IMG/VR virus record: IMGVR_UViG_3300018931_000001 | Location: 7,014-71,013 of that record | DNA length: 64,000 nt | Source: a virus | Strand: one strand, 5' to 3' | Shown: piece by piece, positions 54,735-64,000 of the stretch | Layout of the letters: each line of letters begins with the position of its first letter | How positions within the stretch are numbered: position 1 is the first letter of the stretch | The notes under the pieces: generated by a model | Databases searched by the model: none | The model's input: the letters and a program-made list of their open reading frames with translations, nothing else | Told to the model about the DNA's origin: nothing | Made by a program: the position numbers and the translations under genes

Positions 54735-56489
54735 ATGCCCAACGCTTACGGACGCGCTTTTACCACTGCTAATTTTCTTTCTAATTTGACTGCTTTGAAA
54801 GCTATAAATTTTGGCGCGTCCGATCCGAGCGGAGTTTGGTTTGTTGTTCCGAATTCCAGCACGAATAATGTTGAGATTTGGGTATGGGAACCCGGCTCGG
54901 TACTTGCTACTGATGAAGTTTCGGTAGTGCGACCAGATTCTATAGCTCCGGGAAGTCCGGGCAGGTGCTTGCAACGGCTTCAATTTGATGCAAGCCAGCT
55001 TGGCGGAATTTTAGCAGCTATCGCCACACTCAACACCGCTGGATTGATTGAACGGACGGCTGGCGGTGGCGCTGCCATTATATCTGTTAGTAACTACGCT
55101 AAGACTCTGCTCAATGATGTAGATGAGGATGCAGCACGAGTAACTTTAGGCTTAGGTTCAGTTGCGACTCGATCAATAGGCACAACAAGCGGACAGGTTA
55201 GAGACGCAGGAGACTCGACTTATTCAGATGCCAGGACTCCTCTTTCTCATGCTAGCTCCCATCTTTCAGGAGGAAGTGATGCTTTTGATACTACATTATT
55301 GCGTCAAACAATTGACTTAGGAAATGTTAACAATACCAGCGACGCAAATAAGCCTGTTTCAACTGCAACACAGACAGCCCTAAACCTCAAAGCTAATCTC
55401 GCTTCTCCAACTTTTACAGGAATCCCCGCCGTCCCAACTGCAACTGCTGGAACAAATACAACTCAGGCAGCAAGCACGGCTTTTGTCGGCACCGCTATTT
55501 CTAATTTAATAAACTCTTCGCCTGCTGTGCTTGATACCCTAGGCGAACTTGCTGCAGCATTAGGCAATGATGCTAATTTTGCAACGACAGTTACGAATGC
55601 TTTAGCAACAAAAGCACCTTTAAACTCTCCTGTTTTGGTTACTCCCAATTTAGGAACTCCTAGTGCTGGAGTATTAACTAATGTAACTGGATTACCTTTA
55701 TCTACTGGTATAACTGGAACCCTTGCTATTGGAAATGGAGGTACAGGCGCGACAACTCAACAGGGAGCAATTAATGCTTTGGTGGGAACACAAATAGCCA
55801 ACAGATTGCTCAGGAGCAACGGAACTAATACCTTTTTAGCTCAAGCTAGTTTAACTACGGACGTTACAGGTATCCTTCCTATTGCTAACGGCGGTACTAA
55901 TAGCAACACTCAAAATTGGGTAGATTTAACCACGAATCAAAATATTGCTGGGGTTAAAACTTACACAGATACTACTGAATCTACCAGCACTACTACTGGA
56001 AGTGTTAAATACTTAGGAGGACTTGCTGTTGTTAAAAATTTATCAGTAGGCGGAACCATAAAGCAAGATATTAATTATACTTTTAAAGCTGCTACAAATG
56101 TCTCTCAATCTATACCTGCTACTACTTTCACTAAAATTGCTTTAGCTTCTGAGGTTACTGATACAAACAATCAGTATACTGCTGCGAGTTCAAGATTAGT
56201 TGCTAATACTACCGAAGTTTGGAGTTTGTTTATTTTTATAACGTTTAGCTTAGCAGCAGCTTCAAGAATTATATTGTCTGTTTATAAAAATGGTTCTGAA
56301 TCGGGAGGAGTAAGGGTTATGGATATTACTCCTTCTGCTGGCTTTTTTGGAATACCTATCACTATCCAAGAAATTAATCTCGTAGCAACAGATTATTTAG
56401 AAATGTACTGCTATATAGGCTCTGTTCAAAATGTTTACGGAGATGCTACACTAGGAGCTACATATTGGTATGGCAAACGAATAAATTAA
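54735..56489 (+). CDS. Tail fibre with C-terminal C1q/TNF-like head
   Basis: [55 protein letters not shown] fibre motifs. Confidence 0.9.
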   Translation: MPNAYGRAFTTANFLSNLTALKAINFGASDPSGVWFVVPNSSTNNVEIWVWEPGSVLATDEVSVVRPDSIAPGSPGRCLQRLQFDASQLGGILAAIATLNTAGLIERTAGGGAAIISVSNYAKTLLNDVDEDAARVTLGLGSVATRSIGTTSGQVRDAGDSTYSDARTPLSHASSHLSGGSDAFDTTLLRQTIDLGNVNNTSDANKPVSTATQTALNLKANLASPTFTGIPAVPTATAGTNTTQAASTAFVGTAISNLINSSPAVLDTLGELAAALGNDANFATTVTNALATKAPLNSPVLVTPNLGTPSAGVLTNVTGLPLSTGITGTLAIGNGGTGATTQQGAINALVGTQIANRLLRSNGTNTFLAQASLTTDVTGILPIANGGTNSNTQNWVDLTTNQNIAGVKTYTDTTESTSTTTGSVKYLGGLAVVKNLSVGGTIKQDINYTFKAATNVSQSIPATTFTKIALASEVTDTNNQYTAASSRLVANTTEVWSLFIFITFSLAAASRIILSVYKNGSESGGVRVMDITPSAGFFGIPITIQEINLVATDYLEMYCYIGSVQNVYGDATLGATYWYGKRIN

Positions 56490-56502
56490 TTAACAAAAAG
56501 CT

Positions 56503-56880
56503 ATGGGAGTTCCAATTTCAGAAGATGACGTTACAAGTCTTCATGTCGCCGACAGACTACAAATAAACTTAGCGCAAGCTGAAGAAGATGTTGAAAAAAT
56601 GGAACTTGAAGTTTTTTTTAAAATCTTTACGGTTTTGCCTAACGGCAAAGTAGTTGGAGAACCGTACCTTGATACTGCAAAGCCTTTGCGTTTTACTTGC
56701 AAAAATAATCCAGAGTTGAAAGCTGCAATGGAATTAATTCAACAAACTATAGGGGAAAAACGTTATGAACAGTTGACAGCTCAACCAGAAATCCCCCCAC
56801 CATCACAAATTCCTGCGTTGTCAGAAATTTCTGAACCCGTCGAAAATCCAGAGATGATACCACCAATTGAAAACAGCTAA
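56503..56880 (+). CDS. Tail fibre-associated/chaperone protein
   Basis: Small acidic ORF after the fibre. Confidence 0.55.
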   Translation: MGVPISEDDVTSLHVADRLQINLAQAEEDVEKMELEVFFKIFTVLPNGKVVGEPYLDTAKPLRFTCKNNPELKAAMELIQQTIGEKRYEQLTAQPEIPPPSQIPALSEISEPVENPEMIPPIENS

Positions 56881-56889
56881 AAAACTATA

Positions 56890-57024
56890 ATGAAACCAAA
56901 AATAACGTTTAACGGCAGTGCAATTAAGGGTGCTGCGCTCCGAGCTTTTCAAACTATAACGCTCGAACTGGGAGAAACTTTTCAAGAAGTTATTGAGGAA
57001 ATGAAAAATGCCAATACCCGGTAA
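56890..57024 (+). pseudogene. 44-aa N-terminal stub paralogous to the next gene
   Basis: ITFNGSAIKGAALRAFQ...LGETFQEVIEE versus VNFNGTALRGAALRAFE...LGNTFQEVISE. Confidence 0.8.
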
Positions 57025-57463
57025 AGTTTCTGTTAATTTTAATGGTACTGCTTTACGCGGGGCCGCTTTACGTGCTTTTGAGCGCACAATGAAAGATTTA
57101 GGTAATACTTTTCAAGAAGTCATTAGTGAGGTTGGGGCTTTTCCTGAATTTCCACAAAGTGACATCATTGACACGGGTGCGTTGAAAGAATCACAAACTG
57201 TCGCTTTCCCATCTCCGGGTTCTGTTGTTTTTGAGTGGCCTGTAGAATACGCGCCTTATGTTCACGATGGCTATACATTGCGAAATGGCGCGCAACAACC
57301 CGGCAGACCTTGGACATCCTTGGGCTTGCAAAAGTTTGATCCAGTGGTGCAGTATACCGCAAACTTAAACGCTGAACTAGCTTTTGTACCGATCGCGATG
57401 CGTCGAGTTGGGCTAGTTGCTCGAAGAAAACTCACAACCCGATTATCTAACTGGCAGGTTTAA
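57008..57463 (+). CDS. HK97 gp10-like tail completion protein
   Basis: IIDTGALKES, VEYAPYVHDG, PGRPW. Confidence 0.85.
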   Translation: MPIPGKVSVNFNGTALRGAALRAFERTMKDLGNTFQEVISEVGAFPEFPQSDIIDTGALKESQTVAFPSPGSVVFEWPVEYAPYVHDGYTLRNGAQQPGRPWTSLGLQKFDPVVQYTANLNAELAFVPIAMRRVGLVARRKLTTRLSNWQV

Positions 57464-57465
57464 TT

Positions 57466-60400
57466 ATGTACGGTGGCGTCAGTATTCCAGTCAGTTTGGG
57501 TTTAGGCGGATTTCAGCAGCAAGTCGGAGTAGCTACGCGAGCACTTCAAGGTGTGGGACTAGCAGGCGGTACAGCAAGTCAAAGAGTTGCCCAAGTTGCG
57601 ATTGCTGCAAAACAATTTGTCAACTTAGCTGTTCCAGCTTCTATTTTTGCCAGTCAAATAGCACAATCAGTGTTTGGCATGACGCAGCTCTCTACAAAAA
57701 TGGCTGCTGTTGCTAACTTTTTTGCCGCCAATTATTTCCCATTACCTTTCCTTAACCCAATTAACCAAGGGATACTTCAAACAGTCGTATTCATGCGACA
57801 GGCTGGAGCAATTCAGTCTGTAATCTCTTCTGCTATCACGGGGTTTACTAATCTTGGATTTTCGGGAAAACTAGCTTTTTCCACAATTTTAACAGGTGGA
57901 CTAGCTGCCGCGCCTCAAGCAATGGCGTTCTTACTTAATCAATCTGCGCTTGTTAATCAAGTGTTTGTCACTGGTTTAATCCCAAACATAATGACGGTCA
58001 ATGCGTTAATGACGACTTACCAAAGTCTTTTTGCAACTGCATTAGCCAATCCAGTTAGATATACAGATTTAGTTGTTTTAGGAGGCATTCTTAAAGAGTT
58101 AGTTCCTAAAGCATCGCTTTTAGGTCAAACATTAAATACTATGATAACTCCCATTAAATTTGGGAGAGCGGCGCAAGGCTTTATTGCTTATTTGAATTTA
58201 CTTAGCACTGAAGTGACGATGCTTACTGGGCAAGTAAATATGCTAACCACAGGGCTTGCGGCAAGTGCTGCAAGCTTAATCGGTGGCGGTAGTTTCTTGT
58301 TGCCTGGGCAACTATCGCCAGGCCCCACTGTTGTTGATATGTTTCAAAATCAGCAGGGGGTAGAAGAAGCAGTACAATATCAAATTCTTACAGATAATTT
58401 ACGCGCACTAAGTGAGACAAGTGGCGCAACTTCTAAACAAATAGACAATGTAAATAGAGCTATATTTAGTGTTGGAACAAATACAAAGCAAAATATAGAT
58501 CAGGTTGCAAATAGTGCATCTGCATTAAAACGTGCCGGGATAGAAGTAGAAGCAATTCCCGCCGCTATAAAAAGTTTAGGATATGCGGCGAGTGCAACCA
58601 ATGAAGATATGATGGCACTTAGTCGAACAACTTTAGATTTGACAACTGCTTTTACCGGGTTAACTGTTCCTGAAGCTGCCGACGTATTAACTGCGGTTAG
58701 TACACAAACAGGCGTTGCAACGAATCAATTAGCTACAAGTATTGTCAGTGCTAGTGGTACAGCTAAATCGGCGGGATTGACTTTTAAAGATACTGCATTA
58801 TTAATTGGTGCAATGGGCGCTGCTGGAATTAGCGGAGCTAATGCGAGTGGTACTTTAGAGGCAGCAATTACATCGCTACAAGGAATCGCTGGAGATTACA
58901 ATAAAAACAATAAATCAAAAGGAGTATCAGCGCTCAGCGCTCTTGGTTTATCTAAATCAGATATAGTTGATGCTAGCGGAAATGTAAACAGTATTGAGTC
59001 AATTATTCAAAGTTTTCAAAGTCGAATTGCTGAGTTTAATAGCTCAGGAAAACAAAGTCAAGTTGCACCTTTGATTGCTCAAATATTTGGGTCACAAAGT
59101 AGTAACGAAATGTTATCTGTGTTTAACCAGTCTTCGTCTGCTATTAATGAGTTAAAAAAATCAATCAATGATGCTGGCGGGATTAGCCAGAAAGTTAGCG
59201 ACAGTCAAATGACTTCGCTAGCAGGAACACTAGACAAATTAACTGATGGCGCTCGGGCTGTCTCTATTACTGTTGGTCAGTTTTTAAGTCCAATTTTAAG
59301 TGCCTTTTTGCAACCAGTTGCCTCTTTGACAGAAGGGTTTTTAAAGCTTCCTCCGGCGCTGCAATTAACTGCGCTATCGCTTAGTGTTGTAGGGCCGTTG
59401 GTGTTGGTGGTGTTTCAAGGTACAAGACTTTTGGTGACTTGGACTAAGCTGTGGGCAGCAGCTCAAGTTGCAGCAGGTGTTGCTGGTGATATTTTCTCAG
59501 GCAAGCTTACAGCTTTACAGGCAAAGCAGGCTATTGCAGCACAATGGACAGAGATTACAGCTAAAGTTACACAAGCTTACTCTTTCGCACTAGGGGCTCT
59601 CACGGGTCAAATAAGTGCAGCAGAAGTTAAGCAAACTATTTTAAACGCAAGCCAAGCATTTGGGGCTGCTAACGCTAGAGAATATTTTAATACCACTAAA
59701 GCTTCTATTGCAATCTTAGGTGATTATGCTAAACACCTCTTGATTGGTACAACAAACATTAAATTATTTTCAATATCTCAACTAGCAAGTGCTGCTGTTA
59801 CGGGCATCAAAAATACGGTAACTAATACGGCAATAGCTTTAACTAGAGCGCAAACTTATGTAGACTTAGCTCAGAATGCTGTCACACTAACTCAAGCTGG
59901 TATAAACAAAATAGTTAGTGCATCTATTGCTGCTAAAACTTTTATCTTAGGATTATTTATAAGACAGCAAGCTACTGCAAACACTCAACAGTCACTCAGT
60001 ACAACAATCTCGCTGATAGCGGCTCAAGCCAAAAATATTTATGCTATTGCAGTTGGTAGAGCTTCTGCTGCGACCCTGGGTTTTGTCGGCACAATGGCAA
60101 CATTAGCTGCTAGATTTGCGCTTCTTACTGCTGCGGCTTGGGCAGTATCACAAGCATGGAATTCGTTTTCATCGGGAGTCAAAGAAGCTAATGGCATCAA
60201 GGAGACTGCGGATAACATCAATAAGCTGACTAAAGAGTTGACTGGGTTGCAGGCAAAAGCGAACGATTCTGGAAATGCCTTTCAACAGTTTTGGGAAAGT
60301 GTACAGAAAAAAGGGCCAATCGAAGCTACTCAGCAAGCATTGTCTACAGTAACAGGCGGATCTCCCACTGATACTTACGGCAAAGATTTTTCGGTAATTA

Positions 60401-63400
60401 CAAGTTCGCAACTAGCTGCACAACGCGCAATGTTTGCCACTGAGGAAGTTTCTAAAGCTGTCAACACTCAGTTAGAGCTAGGCGTTGGAGTTATGCAAAA
60501 ATACGGTGTGGAAACTTTAGACGCTGCCGACAAACAAAGGTTAGGAGCGCAGGGTATAGCTGATTTTAAGGCTGAAGCTAGTCGGCAAGTAGATACTTTA
60601 AATAAAACGCTAGAAGCGTTAAAAGCTCAACAGCCTGTTAATGATGAGCAAAAAGCATTTATTCAAACAAACATCAAATTAACAGAGCAACAAATTCGGA
60701 TTCTGCGGGGTAAAATTGTAGCATTAGAATCAGAAACAGCTACAACTAAAGTACATATTTTAACCCTAGAAGAATTAACTAAAAAATATAAAGAGTTAGC
60801 ATACGCTTCAGAGATGGCAACCCAAAAATCTGCTGCGTCGATCGAAGAACGAGTAGCAAAAGGAACCGGGCGTGGAGGTATTGACCAAAAGCGGGGCGAA
60901 GAACTTAAGCTAGGTTTAGACAAAGTTGGTGTTACTGAACGCACTCGATCAAACGCTAGTCAACTCAAAGACTTGAAGGCTGCAAGCGTTGGAGCGACGC
61001 CAGAAGATGCAGCTAAAATTTCTGAAGAAATTAAGCGTCTAGAATTAGACCAAGTAAAAGCCAGGATTGACGCCGCTAAATTAGAACAGCAAGCGCGACA
61101 GAATCTCAATCAAGAAATTCTGGGAAATGTCAAAGAGCGCGAAGACGCTGTAACGGCTAAGCAGCAGTTGTCTAGTCAAAATCAAATAACAGCAATCAAA
61201 AAAGCGCAAGCTGCCCGCACTGTTTCGGCCGAAGAAGCAGCAGCTAAAATTGCCGCGATCGAAGCCACCGACCTACAAGCATCGATCGCCGATGAAACAG
61301 AGAAACAACAGAAGTTGTTTCAGTTGCGACAGTGGGGGGTGATTTCCGAAGAAGAAGCTCGCAAAGGGGTTCGAGAATCAGCGGTCACAATTGCCAAAAC
61401 TCAAGGACAACTGGCTGAAGCTGAATTAAAACGATCTGAAGAAAGGATCTCAGCACAAGTTAAGAAAATTAAGGAGCAGTCAAAAGTTAATTCTGAGCAA
61501 ATGCTTGCGGGACTAGACGCTAAATCGTTCACCAGTGACCAGCAGGGAAAACTGGCAACCGCTCAATCAGGAGTTAGTGACGCTCGATCGGAATTAGACA
61601 AGCAGCGATTAGGCTTCGCTCTCCAATTAGCAGAACTCAACGGCAATCAGTCGCAGCAAGAGCAAGTTAAAAACCAAATTTACCAGCAACAGCTAGCCTC
61701 ACTAACCCAGCAACAGCAGGCAAAACGCCAAGAGCTAGTTATCAGTCAGCAGCAAGCAGCGATCGAACTTGAGCGTAAGCGGGTGCAGTCAGAGATTGCA
61801 GTGCTTGAGGCTCAATCAGCGCTGCAAGTTGCCCAAGCTCAAGGGGCGTCCGCTGGAGAAATCACAGCGCTACAACAGTCGATCGCACTGAAGCAGCAAA
61901 TAGTGGCACAAGTTGCTACAGAGAAAACCAATCAACAAAAGCTCAACAGCTTGGCTGGACAGCAGTTGACAATCCAACAGCAGACTGCAAAAGAGGGCTT
62001 AGAACAGCAGCGTCAAATAGACCTCCAGCGACAGGCGATCGAGAAAAAGACTAAAGCTATTGAGGAGGGAATTAACCGCGCCCGTTCACTCTCTGAATCT
62101 CAACTCCAAGGGCTTGACTTTAAAGGGCAAGATGTCGGAGCTGAACTCAACAAGCAAAAACTACTTGCTGATATTTCACAGTCTCAATCTAACTTACAGA
62201 AACAACGCTTAGAATTCAGTTTGCAAGCTGCTGAACTATCAGGAAATGAATCAACAAAAGAGCAGATTAAAGGACAAATCTATCAGCAACAGCAAGTATC
62301 TTTAGTCGCTCAACATCAAGCACAAAAAGCTAATTTAGAATTATCCAGTCAACAGGCTGCTATTGAGTTAAAACGAAAACAGATTCAAGGTGAGATTGCT
62401 CTATTAGAAGCAGAAGCTAATCTAGAATTGGCGCAATCTAAAAACGCTTCAGAATCTGAATTGGCTGGACTGCAATCAGTTATTGCTCTGCGCCAAAAAT
62501 CGATTGATTATATCTCAACTGAGGAAGCGAATCAGAATAAAGTTAATCAGCTAACTAGCCAGCATCTCACTATTGAGCAACAATTGGCACAAGAAGGGTT
62601 AGAGCAGCAGCGACAAATCGAACTACAGAAAGAAGCGATTGAGAGGCGAACTAGAGCTATTGACGAAGGACTAACTTTAGCAAAGTCACTGTCAGAGGCG
62701 CAATCACAAAAACTAGAGTTCAAAGGGCAGGATATTGGCGCAGAAATTGGTAAACAGAAACTACTAGCTGATATCTCCCAATCTCAATCTAACTTACAAA
62801 AACAACGCCTAGAATTCAGCTTGCAGACCGCAGAGCTAACCGGACAGGAATCGACTAAAGAGCAACTTAAGCAACAAATTTACCAGCAGCAGCAAGCTTC
62901 CTTAATTGCCCAACACCAAGCGCAAAAAACTAGCCTCCAACTATCCAACCAGCAAGCAGCGATCGAGCTTGAGCGTAAGCGCATCCAAGGCGAAATTGCA
63001 CTAATAGAGGCGCAAGCAAATCTAGAGTCAGCACAGGCTAAAAATGCGTCAGACTCTGAGATTGATAGTTTGCAAGCCGTTATCGCCCTAAGGCAGAAAT
63101 CGGTTGACTACATCTCGACGGAAGAAGCGAACCAGAACAAAATCAACCAGCTAACCAGTCAGCACCTTACTCTAGAGCAGCAGATAGCCAGGGAAGGACT
63201 AGAGCAGCAACGCCAACTAGAGATGCAGAAATTGGCGATCGAGAAGCGAACTAAAGCAATTGAGGATGGGTTGATTCGATCTCGCACCGCAATGGAGGGG
63301 CAATCCCAAAGTCTCGAATTCAAGGGACAAAACATCGGCGGTGAGATTGACAAACAGAAGGGTGTCACCGACCTCCAACAGTCACAGGCAGCATTGCAAA

Positions 63401-64000
63401 AACAGCAACTAGATTTTGCCCTACAGCGCGCCGAACTCACCGGGAACGAATCGGCTAAGGAGCAAATTAAAGAGCAAATTTACCAACAGCAGAAAGCTGC
63501 GTTGGTTGCCCAGCAGCAAGCTCAGGTTGTCGGAATTGGGTTGTCCCGCCAGCAAGCAGCGATCGAACTTGAACGCCAAAAACTCTCAGCACAAATTGCA
63601 GTCACAGAAGCGCAAGCCAATCTAGCGAAAGCGCAAGTTACTAAAACCACATCCGCAGCCGAAATGGAATCTTTGCGGGCGACGGTTGGCTTCAGACAGC
63701 AAGCCCTTGGTCAAATCACCCAACAGGCAGCGGTTAGCAAACAGGTACAGTCAACGGAGGATCAAAAGCTTGCGATCGAACGCCAGACCACAATGGAAAA
63801 TCTGGTGCAAACTCGCGAACTGGAGCGCCAGAAAGAAGCGATCGAGAAACAGAAACAGGCGATCGAAGACAGGTTACAGGCTCAAAAATCGGGATTAGAA
63901 AACCGCCAGGGCAAATTGGAACTTTCAAATCAGTTGCTTGATTTAGAGTCGCGCCAGTTGTCGGCTCGATCGGGTTTGACCGAAGCAACCAACGGATTGG
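57466..64000 (+). CDS. Tape measure protein, >2170 aa, 3' end outside the window (absent from the ORF track)
   Basis: ATG 57466 MYGGVSIPVSLGLGG...; frame 1 appears open to the window end; TP901-like core at about 58400-59300; hydrophobic segments; long coiled coil. Confidence 0.93.
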   Translation, partial: MYGGVSIPVSLGLGGFQQQVGVATRALQGVGLAGGTASQRVAQVAIAAKQFVNLAVPASIFASQIAQSVFGMTQLSTKMAAVANFFAANYFPLPFLNPINQGILQTVVFMRQAGAIQSVISSAITGFTNLGFSGKLAFSTILTGGLAAAPQAMAFLLNQSALVNQVFVTGLIPNIMTVNALMTTYQSLFATALANPVRYTDLVVLGGILKELVPKASLLGQTLNTMITPIKFGRAAQGFIAYLNLLSTEVTMLTGQVNMLTTGLAASAASLIGGGSFLLPGQLSPGPTVVDMFQNQQGVEEAVQYQILTDNLRALSETSGATSKQIDNVNRAIFSVGTNTKQNIDQVANSASALKRAGIEVEAIPAAIKSLGYAASATNEDMMALSRTTLDLTTAFTGLTVPEAADVLTAVSTQTGVATNQLATSIVSASGTAKSAGLTFKDTALLIGAMGAAGISGANASGTLEAAITSLQGIAGDYNKNNKSKGVSALSALGLSKSDIVDASGNVNSIESIIQSFQSRIAEFNSSGKQSQVAPLIAQIFGSQSSNEMLSVFNQSSSAINELKKSINDAGGISQKVSDSQMTSLAGTLDKLTDGARAVSITVGQFLSPILSAFLQPVASLTEGFLKLPPALQLTALSLSVVGPLVLVVFQGTRLLVTWTKLWAAAQVAAGVAGDIFSGKLTALQAKQAIAAQWTEITAKVTQAYSFALGALTGQISAAEVKQTILNASQAFGAANAREYFNTTKASIAILGDYAKHLLIGTTNIKLFSISQLASAAVTGIKNTVTNTAIALTRAQTYVDLAQNAVTLTQAGINKIVSASIAAKTFILGLFIRQQATANTQQSLSTTISLIAAQAKNIYAIAVGRASAATLGFVGTMATLAARFALLTAAAWAVSQAWNSFSSGVKEANGIKETADNINKLTKELTGLQAKANDSGNAFQQFWESVQKKGPIEATQQALSTVTGGSPTDTYGKDFSVITSSQLAAQRAMFATEEVSKAVNTQLELGVGVMQKYGVETLDAADKQRLGAQGIADFKAEASRQVDTLNKTLEALKAQQPVNDEQKAFIQTNIKLTEQQIRILRGKIVALESETATTKVHILTLEELTKKYKELAYASEMATQKSAASIEERVAKGTGRGGIDQKRGEELKLGLDKVGVTERTRSNASQLKDLKAASVGATPEDAAKISEEIKRLELDQVKARIDAAKLEQQARQNLNQEILGNVKEREDAVTAKQQLSSQNQITAIKKAQAARTVSAEEAAAKIAAIEATDLQASIADETEKQQKLFQLRQWGVISEEEARKGVRESAVTIAKTQGQLAEAELKRSEERISAQVKKIKEQSKVNSEQMLAGLDAKSFTSDQQGKLATAQSGVSDARSELDKQRLGFALQLAELNGNQSQQEQVKNQIYQQQLASLTQQQQAKRQELVISQQQAAIELERKRVQSEIAVLEAQSALQVAQAQGASAGEITALQQSIALKQQIVAQVATEKTNQQKLNSLAGQQLTIQQQTAKEGLEQQRQIDLQRQAIEKKTKAIEEGINRARSLSESQLQGLDFKGQDVGAELNKQKLLADISQSQSNLQKQRLEFSLQAAELSGNESTKEQIKGQIYQQQQVSLVAQHQAQKANLELSSQQAAIELKRKQIQGEIALLEAEANLELAQSKNASESELAGLQSVIALRQKSIDYISTEEANQNKVNQLTSQHLTIEQQLAQEGLEQQRQIELQKEAIERRTRAIDEGLTLAKSLSEAQSQKLEFKGQDIGAEIGKQKLLADISQSQSNLQKQRLEFSLQTAELTGQESTKEQLKQQIYQQQQASLIAQHQAQKTSLQLSNQQAAIELERKRIQGEIALIEAQANLESAQAKNASDSEIDSLQAVIALRQKSVDYISTEEANQNKINQLTSQHLTLEQQIAREGLEQQRQLEMQKLAIEKRTKAIEDGLIRSRTAMEGQSQSLEFKGQNIGGEIDKQKGVTDLQQSQAALQKQQLDFALQRAELTGNESAKEQIKEQIYQQQKAALVAQQQAQVVGIGLSRQQAAIELERQKLSAQIAVTEAQANLAKAQVTKTTSAAEMESLRATVGFRQQALGQITQQAAVSKQVQSTEDQKLAIERQTTMENLVQTRELERQKEAIEKQKQAIEDRLQAQKSGLENRQGKLELSNQLLDLESRQLSARSGLTEATNGL
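61441..64000 (+). repeat. 600-bp (200-aa) tandem repeat in the tape measure gene, four units plus the start of a fifth
   Basis: YQQQ codons at 61681, 62281, 62881, 63481; (K/R)T(K/R)AI(E/D)(E/D)G near 62047, 62647, 63247. Confidence 0.92.

Larger units (their letters stand above)
1..64000. mobile_element. Temperate cyanophage/prophage, siphovirus-like, possibly circularly permuted or composite; boundaries not resolved
   Basis: Terminase, portal, protease, capsid, tail tube, chaperones, tape measure, lysozyme, serine recombinase, repressor and antirepressors are all present; frequent GCGATCGC/CGATCG. Whether 1-2400 is phage or host is uncertain. Confidence 0.9.

Noticed and set aside
54735-56489. 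Diversity-generating retroelement or invertible shufflon acting on the tail fibre
   Set aside because: No reverse transcriptase, template repeat, inverted fibre ends or adjacent invertase in the window.
57417-63988. Short ORFs listed by the track across the last 6.5 kb
   Set aside because: They are shadow frames of the tape measure gene, which the track omitted, probably because it has no stop in the window.
1-64000. Frequent GCGATCGC/CGATCG as a novel repeat
   Set aside because: This is the well-known cyanobacterial HIP1; used only as a host and composition marker.

Overview
The window is almost entirely a temperate, long-tailed (siphovirus-like) cyanophage. Abundant HIP1/CGATCG sites and a heptamer STRR tract point to a cyanobacterial host, probably filamentous (inference). 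From left to right it contains: the 3' end of a (Pro-Thr)15 protein, a GT2 glycosyltransferase and a sulfotransferase; a GH24 lysozyme facing two membrane proteins; a leftward early operon (C5 MTase with a nested out-of-frame ORF, DUF5131, MT-A70); an RHH switch with a BRO protein, an HTH initiator and an AntA antirepressor; a second leftward operon of membrane, coiled-coil and nuclease genes; a large serine recombinase in the middle with phage genes on both sides; a repressor; RusA, an SF2 helicase and a primase-helicase; then terminase, head and tail genes, ending in a tape measure gene of more than 2100 aa that runs off the window. Features I read from the sequence that the ORF track misses include the tape measure ORF with exact 600-bp repeats, a lambda-type GGGAAAG frameshift, a second candidate -1 frameshift, N-terminal gene stubs bracketing the tail-fibre cassette, a candidate RDF antisense to the recombinase, a switch-like RNA leader at the helicase start, covarying intergenic hairpins and four disrupted small genes. 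I saw no tRNA, rRNA, CRISPR array or reverse transcriptase. All family calls come from motifs recognised by eye; no database search was run.
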